Source: a virus
Taxonomy: Duplodnaviria > Caudoviricetes
IMG/VR virus record: IMGVR_UViG_3300042521_001523
Span: 1-56,742 of that record
Reading direction: 5' to 3' (one strand)
DNA length: 56,742 bases
Part shown: in pieces, positions 1-11,300 of the stretch
Numbering within the stretch: position 1 is the first letter of the stretch
Layout of the letters: each line of letters opens with the position of its first letter
Program-made: the position numbers and the translations under genes
Notes under the pieces: model-generated
The model's input: the letters and a program-made list of their open reading frames with translations, nothing else
What the model was told of the DNA's origin: nothing
Database searches by the model: none

Positions 1-127
1 TGAACATGCTGGAGCGTGAGCTTGGTAAGAAGTGGTCAGTGGCGGTGGTGAACGGTGCAGTGAGCGCATCAGAGCGCAACACGATCTTTCGCAACTTCCA
101 GGAGGCCAAGGACCCGCACGTGCTGAT
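1..127. repeat. 127-bp terminal overlap identical to 56616-56742 (circular assembly)
   Basis: Exact identity of first and last 127 bases; lies inside the helicase ORF; length equals a common assembler k-mer. Confidence 0.95.
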
Positions 128-380
128 TGCCCATCCGGCTACGATGGCGCATGGCTTGACATTGACCGCTGCCAGTACTGTGATCTGGTACGGTCCGATC
201 ACCAGCAACGAGCAGTACGTGCAGGCGAACGGTCGCGTCGAACGCATCGGCAAGCGCCATGTGTCGAACGTGATCCACATCGAGGCGACAGACCTTGAGG
301 CGCGGATCTATGACCGACTGAAGGGTAAGCAGAAGCTGCAAGGCTTGCTGCTCGACCTGATCCAACAACAAACGAGGTGA
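1..380 (+). CDS. C-terminal part of SNF2-family helicase (continues from 55451 across the junction)
   Basis: Helicase C motifs HGLTLT and QANGRVERIG; ATG at 6 corresponds to in-frame ATG at 56621. Confidence 0.9.
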   Translation, partial: NMLERELGKKWSVAVVNGAVSASERNTIFRNFQEAKDPHVLIAHPATMAHGLTLTAASTVIWYGPITSNEQYVQANGRVERIGKRHVSNVIHIEATDLEARIYDRLKGKQKLQGLLLDLIQQQTR

Positions 381-384
381 ACAA

Positions 385-792
385 ATGCCTGAACTAAACG
401 TGGATCAAGTGATCTCAGCGTACCTCAAGCTGAGGCACCAGAAGGATGCCGTGGAGAACGCGGCAAAGCAGGAGGTGCAGGTCATCAAGGATAAGATGGC
501 CAAGCTGGAGTCGTGGCTGCTGTCGCAGGCCAACGAGCAGAGCGTCACTTCCTTCAAGACCAAGAGCGGCACGGCCTTCGTCACCACGACGGACTACGCG
601 AACGTGGCTGACTGGGATGCGGTGCTCGCTTACGTGAAGGCGAACGAAGCCTTCGACATGCTGGAGCGGCGCGTCAGCAAGATCGCAGTGCGCGGCTACA
701 TCGAGAGCAAGGGCGCTGTGCCCGCTGGTGTGAACTACGGCACGAAGATCGAGATCAACGTGCGCAAGCCGACCGCCAGGGTGGATGACTGA
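385..792 (+). CDS. Conserved phage replication-module hypothetical protein
   Basis: 135 aa, SD GAGGTGA at 374, N-terminal coiled coil, between helicase and SSB-like gene. Confidence 0.8.
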   Translation: MPELNVDQVISAYLKLRHQKDAVENAAKQEVQVIKDKMAKLESWLLSQANEQSVTSFKTKSGTAFVTTTDYANVADWDAVLAYVKANEAFDMLERRVSKIAVRGYIESKGAVPAGVNYGTKIEINVRKPTARVDD

Positions 793-1111
793 GATGATCA
801 AGGGGCTGGTAAGGAAGGTGGTCACCTGGGCGCTGAAGGATAAGTCCGCCGTGACGACCGAGTTTGGGGCACGCAATCTGACCGGCATGATCCGCGAGGG
901 CAGCGTACCGGTGATAACAGTGTGGCCGATCTCCAACGGCTACCTGATTGTGAACGGTTATAACCCTATGATGATGAACGACCCCACGATCATCTACGTC
1001 AAGGATATCGCAGAGATTGGTGAGCAGATCGCCACCATGCAGGCGCGTGTTGCGATTGGGGTGCCGAGCACTGTGAAGCTCCGCCCTACCTTCAACATCG
1101 GCAGCCCGTGA
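785..1111 (+). CDS. Hypothetical protein
   Basis: 108 aa ORF overlapping the upstream stop, fills operon gap. Confidence 0.65.
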   Translation: MTEMIKGLVRKVVTWALKDKSAVTTEFGARNLTGMIREGSVPVITVWPISNGYLIVNGYNPMMMNDPTIIYVKDIAEIGEQIATMQARVAIGVPSTVKLRPTFNIGSP

Positions 1112-1134
1112 CTACCAACCCAGAGGAGAGAACT

Positions 1135-2130
1135 GTGAGCAACATCGTTCCCGCTAACATCAAGGTTCCGGCGCACCTCGCGGCGCGCGTCGGCAAGCCG
1201 TCTGCCCTGGCTCAGGCCATGGCCGGTGGCATCACTGGAGGCTCGGACTTCCCGCGCATCTCCATCAAGGGTGCGCGCTTCCGCATCGTTGAGGATGGCA
1301 CCGAGACGGTGATCAACCAGACCAGCCTCGATGTGGTCGTGGTGGGCGCCAACCCGCGCCTGTCCAAGACGTGGTATGCCAAGGAGTGGAACAAGGATGC
1401 CGAGCCTTCGGCACCGGACTGCTACTCGCTCGATGGCGTCGGCCCGAACCCGGAGAGCACCAGCCCGCAGAGCGATCTGTGCGCGTCGTGCAAGTGGAAT
1501 GCCTGGGGCTCCAAGGTGGCTCCGAACGGTCAGCAGCTGAAGGCGTGCTCCGACAAGAAGCGCCTCGCGGTGGTGGCTGCCGATGACGCCACGGGTCCGG
1601 TGTATCTGCTGGAGGTGACCCCGGCTGCGCTGAAGGGCCTGAACGCCTATCAGAAGGAACTGTCGGTGCGGGGCATCGCCCCTGAGATCGTGCGCACGCG
1701 CATCTCCTTCGACACCGATGCGTCCTTCCCGAAGCTGATCTTCAGCTTTGGTGGCTTCCTCGATGAGGCTGCCATGGAGGCCATCGACAGCCTGTCGGGT
1801 TCCGATCAGGTGGCCGAGATCACGGGTGAGAAGGCGCAGGCCGTGCCGGTGCAGCCCGCTCCGGTTGAGGCTCCGCGTCGTGCGCCGCTGAAGACGGTGG
1901 CTGCTCCTGCCCCGGCTCCGGTCGAGGAAGAGGAGGCTCCTGCTCCCGCCCCGGCTGCGCCGAAGCGTGGATTTGGTGCGGCGAAGGCAGCCCCGGCTGC
2001 TCCTGCCCCGGCTCCGGCTGCTGCTCCGAAGCCTGCGGCGAAGGCGGCTGCTGTGGCCCCGGCGGGTGCGTCGTCGCTGGCCGACGAGATCGCTGGCCTG
2101 CTCGACGAGGTGGGAGCCGATGACGCCTAA
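1135..2130 (+). CDS. Putative ssDNA-binding/annealing protein with Cys cluster, Ala/Pro linker and acidic tail
   Basis: GAGGAG SD before GTG 1135; FPRISIKG, C..CASC..C, long AP-rich linker, C-terminal DEVGADDA. Confidence 0.6.
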   Translation: MSNIVPANIKVPAHLAARVGKPSALAQAMAGGITGGSDFPRISIKGARFRIVEDGTETVINQTSLDVVVVGANPRLSKTWYAKEWNKDAEPSAPDCYSLDGVGPNPESTSPQSDLCASCKWNAWGSKVAPNGQQLKACSDKKRLAVVAADDATGPVYLLEVTPAALKGLNAYQKELSVRGIAPEIVRTRISFDTDASFPKLIFSFGGFLDEAAMEAIDSLSGSDQVAEITGEKAQAVPVQPAPVEAPRRAPLKTVAAPAPAPVEEEEAPAPAPAAPKRGFGAAKAAPAAPAPAPAAAPKPAAKAAAVAPAGASSLADEIAGLLDEVGADDA

Positions 2131-2401
2131 GGCCATCGACTTCAACAAGGTCGAAGCCCTCCGTCAGCACTTGATGCTGACGGCAGGGCAGCTGGCACAA
2201 ATGCTTGGGGTCAGCCGCATGACTTACTACAACTGGTTGCGCGGCAAGCCCATCAGCAAGGCCAACGAGACCACCGCTCGTGCGGTGATCCGCAACCTGA
2301 TCTTCCTCATGCACGCGCACCAGTGGCCTTCGGAGGAGATCACCAAGATGACTTCTAAGCAGAGGCACGAACGCCTGCTTGCTCTGCTCGCTGAGCGTTA
2401 A
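2120..2401 (+). CDS. XRE/Cro-type HTH regulator
   Basis: LTAGQLAQMLGVSRMTYYNWLRG helix-turn-helix; ATG 2120 after GAGGTGGGAG. Confidence 0.8.
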   Translation: MTPKAIDFNKVEALRQHLMLTAGQLAQMLGVSRMTYYNWLRGKPISKANETTARAVIRNLIFLMHAHQWPSEEITKMTSKQRHERLLALLAER

Positions 2402-2407
2402 TACACT

Positions 2408-2433
2408 TGGGTGGGGAGTTGCCTCCCCACCCA
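2408..2433. promoter_or_regulatory. 11-bp perfect intergenic hairpin before primase
   Basis: TGGGTGGGGAG-TTGC-CTCCCCACCCA; no U-tract. Confidence 0.55.
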
Positions 2434-2457
2434 CCATAAAACTAGGGTAGGGGAACC

Positions 2458-5325
2458 ATGGACACGGCAGAGTTCCTTGGGCGGGTGATGCCGCCGCAGG
2501 GGTATTATTCCGTCATTACCATCCAGGGTAGTGCACCGCGTCAGCGGTTCGTCGATGACATCGAGACCCTGGCGGAAGTTGTGCTGCGCCTCAGCGCGCG
2601 TGGCGAGAACGTCTACTATGCCGTGTCGTCGTTCCGAGACAGCACGAGCCGCACGCAGAAGAACGTCCTACTCACCAAGGCGCTCTATCTCGACATCGAC
2701 TGTGGCCCGGGTAAGCCCTTCGCCGACTGGAAGGAGGGGCTGCTGTGCCTACGTGACTTCATCGCTGGGAACGCGCTACCCAAGCCGACCATCGTATCAT
2801 CAGGCAACGGCCTGCATGTGTACTGGATCTTGGATGAAGCCATCCCACCCGAGGACTGGCAGCCCATGGCTGACCGCCTCAAGGCTCTGATCCCGCGCGA
2901 TCCCACCAGTGGCACGCCGATGTTCGATCCGGCGGTGCCTGCCGACAGTGCGCGTGTGCTGCGTGCTCCAGGCACGACGAACCCGAAGGGCAACAAGACC
3001 GTCCGAGTGCTGATCGAAGCACCAGAGGTGCCCGTCGCTGAGATGCGCCGCGTGCTGGGAAACCCCCAACCTCGCATAGTGCAGGCACAGAAGTCCAACG
3101 TGCTGGCATCGATGGCGGTGAAACAGGAGTTCCCGCCTTCCGACCCAGTGACCGTTGAGCGCAAGTGCGCGCAGGTTGGCTGGGCTGCGGGCCACCAAAC
3201 CGAGGTGGAGGAGCCGTTCTGGTACGCCCTGCTGGGCATCGCAGCTTTCTGCCAGCAACCTGAGGAGACGGCGCTCGCATGGAGCGAGCAGCACCCGGGC
3301 TTCGACGAAGCCAAGACCCTCAACAAGCTGGCTCAGTGGCGCTCCAGGGCCACGGGTCCTACCACCTGCAAGAAGTTTGAAGAGCTGCGACCTGAGGGCT
3401 GCAAGAAGTGCCCGCTGAAGGACCGCATCTCCACACCGGCTGCGCTGGGCATCCAGTACCAAGAGGTCGCCATCGCAGAGGACGCGCCAGATGAGGGCGC
3501 TGAAGCCATCCCCATGCCTCATGGGTTCAAGCGGGCGGCGCAGGGCATCGTGCTCAGCCTGGACGGTACGGACATCCCCCTGTGCAGCTTCGACATCTAT
3601 CCGCTGAGCTACGGGCGTGACGAGTCCCTGGGCTACGAGACCGTCCGCTACCGCTGGAAGCGTCCGCATGTGGGCTGGCAGACCCTGACCTTCCGGCAGG
3701 CGTACTTACCCGACAACGCAGCTCGGGAGTTTGCCAGCACCATCGCCGACCAGGGCATTGTCCTCACTACACGCAAGCAGACGGAGACATTTCAGCACAT
3801 GCTGCGCTCCTACATGGAAGAGCTGCGCAAGCTCCGCAGCGTGACCAACCTCTACTCCACGATGGGGTGGAAGGAAGACAACACCCAGTTCCTCATCGGC
3901 GACACTCTCATTCGACAGAACGTCGGTGGCTCCGTGGTGCACGACGATGCCACCACGGCATCGGCCATCCAGCGTAACTCCGAGGCCATGTTCACCTCAT
4001 CCGGGAGCGTGGAGGAGTGGGCATCGTTCACGGCGCTGTTGGAGAAGGCCAACATGCCGATCCATATGTTCGCCCTGTGCGTGTCGTTCTCAGCGCCCCT
4101 CTACCAGTTCTCCGGTCTCAAGGGCCTGACGATCAGCCTCTACGGGCAGACCGGTGCGGGCAAGACGCTGGCTCAGCTGTGGCAGCAGTCCATCTGGGGC
4201 GACCCAACCAAGCTCCACTTCACAGCGAAGTTCACTCAAAACGCCCTCTTCGCTCGCATGGGTCTCTACAACAACCTGCCGGTAACTATCGACGAGACCA
4301 CCATGCTGCCGCCCAAGGAGGTGGGTGACTTCCTCTACTGGGTGACACAGGGCCGGGACAAAGCCCGCCTTACCCGCGCTGCTGAGGAGCGCGACCACAA
4401 GACCTGGGCGACAGTGGTCATCACATCGGCCAACCGGTCCATGGCCTCCATGCTGGCGGCAACGGGGATGGAGTCCGACGCGCAGATGGCGCGCCTCCTC
4501 GAAGTCACGATGAACCCCCACCCCCTCTTCGTCCGCAGCACCGATGCAGGCAAGCGGATCTACGACTTCATCACCAGCCACCACGGCACTGTCGGTCAGG
4601 CGTTCCTAGATGCACTGGTCGCCATGGGTGAGGCGGGTATCCGGGCTGCGCTGGCCCACCACCGGGAGCGGTTCTTCCAGAAGTACAACTGCGCCTTCAC
4701 CGGCAATGAGCGGTTCTGGGAGCAGGGCATCGTCCTGGCCGACTTCGCTGGCGAGATGGCAGCATCGCTCGGCCTGATCCAATTCGACTACACCAAGGGC
4801 ATCAAGGTCGTCCTCACGCAGATCGGTGCCATGCGGAAGGTTGTGCAGGAAAACAGCCTGGATACTTTCGACCTCATCGCCGAGTACCTCAACGTCCATG
4901 CGGGCCAGACCCTCCAGGTGGTCCACAACGGCAACCCGAAGCCCTTCATCGACGAGAGCCGCCTGCCACGCGGCGAGGTGCATGTGCGCTACGATCTCTA
5001 CGGGCCGAAGGGTTCCATCGCTGGCCCCTTCGATGGCGGCACCGTCACGCTGGATCGGCGGCACTTCAAGCAGTGGGTGGCGAACAGAGGCGCTGACTAC
5101 CGCACCATCGTGCGCGACATCACCGATCAGGGCGTGAACGTCACGCCCACCAGCGAGAAGGCGTATCTGGGCAAGGACTCGCCCATCAAGATCGGCCAGC
5201 AGTACGTGCTGTCGATCAACCTCAAGCACGCCCGGCTTGAGGGCATCTTGCGCGACGTGGATATCGCCACGACCAACGCTGCCCTCGACACCGTGCCAAA
5301 GGTGGTACCGCTGCGGAAACCCTGA
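2458..5325 (+). CDS. Primase-helicase (AEP/RepB-like primase, PriCT-like region, DUF927-type helicase)
   Basis: LYLDID, SSGNGLHVYW, RVLRAPGT primase motifs; Walker A GQTGAGKT, Walker B TIDE. Confidence 0.85.
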   Translation: MDTAEFLGRVMPPQGYYSVITIQGSAPRQRFVDDIETLAEVVLRLSARGENVYYAVSSFRDSTSRTQKNVLLTKALYLDIDCGPGKPFADWKEGLLCLRDFIAGNALPKPTIVSSGNGLHVYWILDEAIPPEDWQPMADRLKALIPRDPTSGTPMFDPAVPADSARVLRAPGTTNPKGNKTVRVLIEAPEVPVAEMRRVLGNPQPRIVQAQKSNVLASMAVKQEFPPSDPVTVERKCAQVGWAAGHQTEVEEPFWYALLGIAAFCQQPEETALAWSEQHPGFDEAKTLNKLAQWRSRATGPTTCKKFEELRPEGCKKCPLKDRISTPAALGIQYQEVAIAEDAPDEGAEAIPMPHGFKRAAQGIVLSLDGTDIPLCSFDIYPLSYGRDESLGYETVRYRWKRPHVGWQTLTFRQAYLPDNAAREFASTIADQGIVLTTRKQTETFQHMLRSYMEELRKLRSVTNLYSTMGWKEDNTQFLIGDTLIRQNVGGSVVHDDATTASAIQRNSEAMFTSSGSVEEWASFTALLEKANMPIHMFALCVSFSAPLYQFSGLKGLTISLYGQTGAGKTLAQLWQQSIWGDPTKLHFTAKFTQNALFARMGLYNNLPVTIDETTMLPPKEVGDFLYWVTQGRDKARLTRAAEERDHKTWATVVITSANRSMASMLAATGMESDAQMARLLEVTMNPHPLFVRSTDAGKRIYDFITSHHGTVGQAFLDALVAMGEAGIRAALAHHRERFFQKYNCAFTGNERFWEQGIVLADFAGEMAASLGLIQFDYTKGIKVVLTQIGAMRKVVQENSLDTFDLIAEYLNVHAGQTLQVVHNGNPKPFIDESRLPRGEVHVRYDLYGPKGSIAGPFDGGTVTLDRRHFKQWVANRGADYRTIVRDITDQGVNVTPTSEKAYLGKDSPIKIGQQYVLSINLKHARLEGILRDVDIATTNAALDTVPKVVPLRKP

Positions 5326-5326
5326 C

Positions 5327-8300
5327 CTATTCGGTCAGGGCGTCCATCAGCTGGCGGATGTCGTCCTGAGCACCACGCGGAGCGGCGCGCAATGCCCGCT
5401 CACCAGCGCCACGCTGGGCTTCGCGGAGTGCCCGGACGGAGTTCGGCACGAAGCGGGTGATCTCCAGGGGCGTGCCCCGGGCACCGTCGTTCCAGTTGTT
5501 GACCGCCTCGACGATATCGCGCGCACCCTGGTTATCGCCACGCATGGTGGCCTTGATCCACGCCTGCCGGTAAGCCGCGACGACCTCCTTCTGGTAGTCG
5601 GACTCGCGCTGCGCGATGCGGATGACATCGTACTGGGTAGCCGCCCGCTCAGGGTAGAAGCCCAGCAAGCGCGTGATGACCGTGCCCGCATCCATCTCCG
5701 GGCTGACCACATAGCCCCGGCGATCCACCACAGCCCCAGAAGAGAGGTAGGCCGAGGTGTCACCCATGATGCGCAGGAAGGTGATCGGCGAGCTACGAGC
5801 CACATCCTCCAGGGTCTTGGTCGAGGAGAACGGGAAGGTGACGACATCACGCGCCGTGCTCGCCAGACCCGTGACGAAGCCCGTTGCCGGACCCAGGATA
5901 TCCTGGAGTTCGCGGGTAACGTTGGCCCCGGCCAGTGCCACGCCAGTGCCCGGGAGGAAGTTGCCTGCCGAGGTGCGAGAGGCCACGTCAGCCGGGACGA
6001 TCTGGTTAACCACGCCGCGCAGGAACACCGCCGACATACCGGGGAAGCTGCCTTCGATGTGGCGGATGATCTCAGCCCGGATGCTGCCCTGGCGGAAGCC
6101 GAGGCCCTGGGCCAACGTGTCGATCAGATCCTCCAAATCCTCAGCGAATGGCAAGCCGGTGGCACCAGCCAGGAGCCACATGGCGCCCAAGGTGCTGAGC
6201 TGCGCCGGGCGAGAGAGGCGCGCCAGCATCTGGATGACCGTGGTCGGGTAGGTCTTGTACATATAGAGGAAGGATTGGATGCCGTTCCTCCACGCGGGCG
6301 GGCGGTTCAGAACCGAGTACTCGCCAAGCGTCAGGTCGATAGACCGAACTGCTTCCTCACGCGCCCGATCAGATGCCTTCGCCTCGCTCAGGCCAGCAGC
6401 AATGGCCCGCTCGCGGAAGAGCCGGTAGGCAGCGAGGAAGGCAGCCCGGCGAGCAGCTTGTTCGGACAGATTAAAGGGCGCCATCCAAGTATCAGCGAAC
6501 CGGCGCATCCAGCGATTGGTCATGTACCCACGCGCCGTGGCGACGAGGGCGTTCGACTGCGCCGGGATGAGTTTACCCTCACGGATTTCGCGGGCGACAA
6601 CCCGGGCTTCCTCAGCGGTCAGGCCATAGCGACGCTGGAGTTCAGGGCTTTGCGCCACGCCGGGCTTCCACGTCTTGGCCAGCGTCGGATCGGTAGGCTT
6701 CGCCCCGGCGTCGTAGAAGTCAGCCCGGTTCATATCCATGCTGGTGACGCCGCGAGCGCCGATCTTGGCGAAGGCTTTGTGGTACTCCGACTGCACTTGC
6801 CCGAGACCGAAGCCGCCACCGAAGGCGTTCTTGGTGTTGTAGGACGCCATGTAGGGCATCCAGTTGGTGTAGGGGCTGAGCAGGTTCAGCGCGCCCTGCG
6901 CCACCGAGGCACCAAGCTGCATCATGCTGGTGTAGGCACGCACGCGAGAGGCGACCGGCCCCGCGCCGAAGTTGGACTCATCCACGAACTGGCTGCCATC
7001 AAGGTAGCTCAGCGTGCCCGCAGCTTGATTGTAGTACACCATGCTGCGACCGGCCCGGCCCTCCGGGTTGGTCGTGCGGAACATATACTCTGCACGATCC
7101 AGTTGCCGCTGTGCGTCCTTCTTCGCTTCGCCGGTCAGGCGGGCGACCTCATTACGCATGCGCGTGACGTTGGCCTCGTCGCCCTCCCACAGCGCACGAG
7201 AGCTGGGCAGGTTGAGGTTCATCAGCTCGCGCAGCGGCTGACGCGTCGTGGTCTTAGCGATGGTGGAGGCCCGCGACTCGATGTGACGCGAGAGCGCGTA
7301 GATACCAGTAGTGTTGTCGAAGCCCGGGGTCTGCGAGAACTCCAGGCGCGTACGCGCCGCGTTCTCCTGGCGGGTCAGGGTGGTGACCAGTTTCTCCATG
7401 ACCTTCGGCGTGGCATCGATGCCGAAGAGGCTCATACCGTACAGGAAGTCCTGGAGGTTCAGCTGCGGATCAGCAGCAACAGCATCCAGCACCCGCCCAG
7501 TCGTTGCCCGGAGCGTCACCTTGGTAGGGACAAACTCACCGTTCGCGTTGCGCGCCAGCAGCTCAAAGGTCTTACCCTTCAGCTCGGTGTTGAACTGCTG
7601 CGCCATGGTGTTAGCGCCGCCTTCATTGTCGAACTGCGAGTAGGCGAGCAGCGCCTGATGGCTATCCTTAACCTCCACCGGCTTGTCACCGACGAACGCC
7701 TGGAGGCGCATCTGGTAGTTGCCCTCGCGCAGCACAGGGATGTAGCCAGTAGCCACACCGCGTCGGGCGATACGCTCGCGCACACCGAGGTTGTAGGTGT
7801 TCAGGTAGAACTGCTTGACCTGATTTTGCAGGTCGAACTTCATCTCCTCAGGGAGATCCTTCCGGCGACCCTTCATCGCCACCATCTTCTCGATGAAGGC
7901 ATCTGCCGCAGACTGGCTGTCGAAGAACTTGGCGACCTCCGCGTTGCGATCAGTGCCCCGCCCGATGAAGGCGGCGTTCACGGCGGCAAGGAACTTGTCG
8001 GCCTCAGCCATGGAGGCCGGGTTCAGCACCTGGATGCCCGCCGAGTTGATCTCAGCGTCCTTGCTGTAGAGATCGCCGTACTTCCTCACGTAGGCCGTGA
8101 CGAACGCCTTGTCGGCGTTGTCGAGCTTGGCGTCCTTCATCAGCTGCCCAAGCTCGCGGTAAGATACGCGACGGTTAGCCGCGAGGCTGGCGTACTCAGC
8201 CTGGAGCATCTCAAATTCAACATCCATGACCGCCCGGCGGGCGCGCACGTAGAGTTCGTAGTCGGCGTCGGAGAAATCCTTGAAGCCAGCAAACTTGCGA

Positions 8301-11300
8301 GAGATGGTTGCGGGCTTGCCGTCGAGCCCTTCATACGAGTGGGTGTAGGAGAACCCGTTGCGAATCTGCTCCTTCGTCAGCAACCCCGCCTTGAAGAGCC
8401 GCTCAGCCTCAGCGTTGTTGCGCACGATGTTGCCATCGTCGCTGACAGAGAACAGCTTCTCGCCGCGCAGCAGCTTGTTGTCGAAGTTGGCGATGGCATA
8501 GCTACGGCCCGCGTACATGGCTTCCGAGATGCGCGCCTGGGTCTTTTCCGGGGCATCCATCAGGGGGCGCAGGTACTCGTTGAGGCGGTCCTTTGTCGCC
8601 ATGGTAATCTGGTTGGCCAGACCCATCAGCCCGTCGAACTCCATCAGACCCGGGTTCTCCAGAGCGCGGTAGTTGGCGAGGCTGAAGAACTTGGCCTTGA
8701 TGTCGTCGAAGGTGTTGGCGAAGTCCTTCCCCTTCTCGAAGATGAAGTTCAACGTCTCACCAAGGTTGGCTGGCCATGCGCCAACCTGTGCCTGGAAGAT
8801 CTGAGCCCTGGTGCTTGCCGAGAAGGCCGCAGTTGGGCTGAAGCGACCCGTACCCGCCAGACCAGTCTCGACCGCGTGCAGGCGCTGCGCGACTGCCTCG
8901 GCATTGAAAGTCACACCCTGGCTCCCGTCGCGGACGTAGCGGCGGGACTGGTCTAGGAAGTAGCGCGTGGCGCTGTCGCCGAAGCGCACACCAAGGCTGC
9001 TCAGGATGTTCTTAATAGCATTCCACACCCGCATGACTGTGTTGGTCGCCAGGGTGGCAGCGTAGTCGGAGAGGTACTCCTCGACCGCTTCAGCCTTCGA
9101 CAGGCCACGCACTTCCATAGCAGCGTCGGCTGCTGCCTGTGCCTGCGGGTCGGTGTCGTAGATACGCTCCATAAGCGCGTCGAAGCGGTTGCCCGGCATG
9201 ATGCCGCGCATACCGAAGTGACCAAAGACCTCGTGCGCCAGTACGAAGCGGAGGTGCTGCTCGTTGGCGATGCGGTCGGTGAAGATGATGACGTTGCCGT
9301 CGCCAAAGGAGTAACCAGCAGCCTCTGCCGTGGCGAAGTCACCCTGCGAGCGAGCAGCATTGGCGCGAGCGTAGAGCGCAGGGTTGGTGCGGCGCAGCTC
9401 TTCCTGATTAGCGACGACCGTGACGTTGGGCCGTGTGGCCAACTTCGACAGGAAGGTCTGCACCAGCATCCGGGCGCGGCCCGCACCCAGTGGGCGCACT
9501 GGCGACCCATCCACGTTGCGCGCACCGGTCAGGGTGTTCCAGCTGTTCAGCGACCAGCGGCCTGCCTCGGGCGTCGCCTTCGACACCACGGGGCGAATGC
9601 CAGTCTGTTCATCACGAGGTCCGAAGTTGAAGAACTCCGGGCCTTCCTTGATGTAGTCGCTGAGCTTACCCGTGCCGTAAGCCGGGTCGGTGCCTGCCTT
9701 CTTCAGACGCGTCCATGCCTGCGACGCCTGGAGGCGCATCGCAGCGGTGAGTGGTGCACCCGCGTTGACCTGTTCGATGATGGTGCCCAGCGTGAGGAAG
9801 TCATCATCGAGCTGGAGCTTGTCGCCAGCCTCCTTCCCAAGCCGCTGCTGCCGGTCAACGACCTCAGCCGCCTTATACTCGAAGGAGTCAAACCCAACCT
9901 CATTCTCCAGGTAGTCCTTGGCAAACGCCTTGGCTTCCTTGGAACCATCCTTCGACCAGCCAATCAGAGCAGCAATCGCCTCGATACGGCGACGCCCTTC
10001 CGTCAGGTTGGCTTCAGTCGCCATGGCCTGCGCCTCTTCCAGTTCATTCTGCGGAAGGGCTTCAGGCTCCGGGGTCGGTGCAGCCGCGCGCTGCTCAGCG
10101 GCGGGGGTTGCGGATGTTGCTACTGGCGCCGCCACCGGGGCGGCGGGTGCCTCTAAAGGGCGCGGAGGGGCTGCCTCCGCAGCCGGGGCAGGTGCGGGTG
10201 TCGGGGTTACTTGGGGTTGCGCTGCCGTCCCGCCTTGGACAGGGCGATTGCGACGGCCTGCTTGACCGCCGCCTGCTTGTTCTTTGGCCTGCTTGAGCCG
10301 ATCCTGCCCTTCGCCTGCCAGTCGTCCACCAACGTCTGTACGTTGGCCGACACCACCTTGTTCGACTTCCCTCGCTTTAGCGGCACTGGCACGACCCCTC
10401 TTCAGATTGGTGGGAGTTGCGGGAGCAGCAGGGGCTGCGGGCTGCACCATGGCAGGCGCGGCCAGCGCAGGTGCGATCTCAGCAACAGGTGCAGGCAGAG
10501 CCGTGGGGATCGCCGCTTCACCCGGAGCCGTCTCGGCAACAGCGGCAAGCTCAGCCCGGAACCGGTTTGCCTGCGCAGGCGCCAGTGCCTGGACACGCTC
10601 AAGGAAGCTGGCTTCGCTGTTTCCGTACCCTACCAGGACCTCATCCTGCTGCGCCTTGGTCAGCTGGTTGAACTGACGCACCACGGCCCGGCGGGCGTTG
10701 TCGGCGATGCGGTTGCGCCCGGTGGCCACGGCTTCCGCATCCAGAGCGAGCGGCTGGTTGGCCGTAGCCTGAGCCAGCGCCGCTTCGTAGTCCCGCTCAG
10801 CCGCAGTCGGGGCAGGCGGTTGGGCCGCACGCTGAGCCTCAGCCTGCCGAAGTTCCATCTGGCGACGGAGCGCCAGCAGCTGGTTACCAGCCTGGGTCTC
10901 GCCAAGCTGTGCGGCGGGTGCTGCCTGAGGAGCAGGACGGCGCAGTGCCTCCTGACCCGGAGCCGTAGCCATACCAGGGACAACGAAGCTCGCAGGCGTG
11001 CGAGGGGCCGGGCGCTGAGGCACCACGGGCGGGGGCATAACCGGTCCCGGCGTCGGGATGAAGCCAAACAGATCACTCTGTCCGGCAGGCACCGGAGTTC
11101 CAGGTGCCGGTGCCTCAGGAGGCAACGCTGCGGTTGGCGGTGAGACGCCACCAAACAGGTCCAGCTGCCCAGGCTGGGTAAGGAACGGAAGCGTCAGCTG
11201 TTCGCTAGGCTGGGCAGGGGCAACCGTAGGCTGCGTAGCAAACAGATCACCCTGCGCGCCGGGTGGCGGCGGAGCAACTCCAAACGAAGCACCCTCACCC

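Noticed and set aside
1-127. Terminal direct repeat as a biological DTR
   Set aside because: Exactly 127 bp and mid-helicase; typical assembler overlap of a circular contig
5237-8956. 1239-aa + strand ORF
   Set aside because: Antisense shadow of the 2472-aa gene caused by GC-rich codon bias; no SD or motifs. The same applies to 32020-33462, 40650-42197 and other long antisense ORFs
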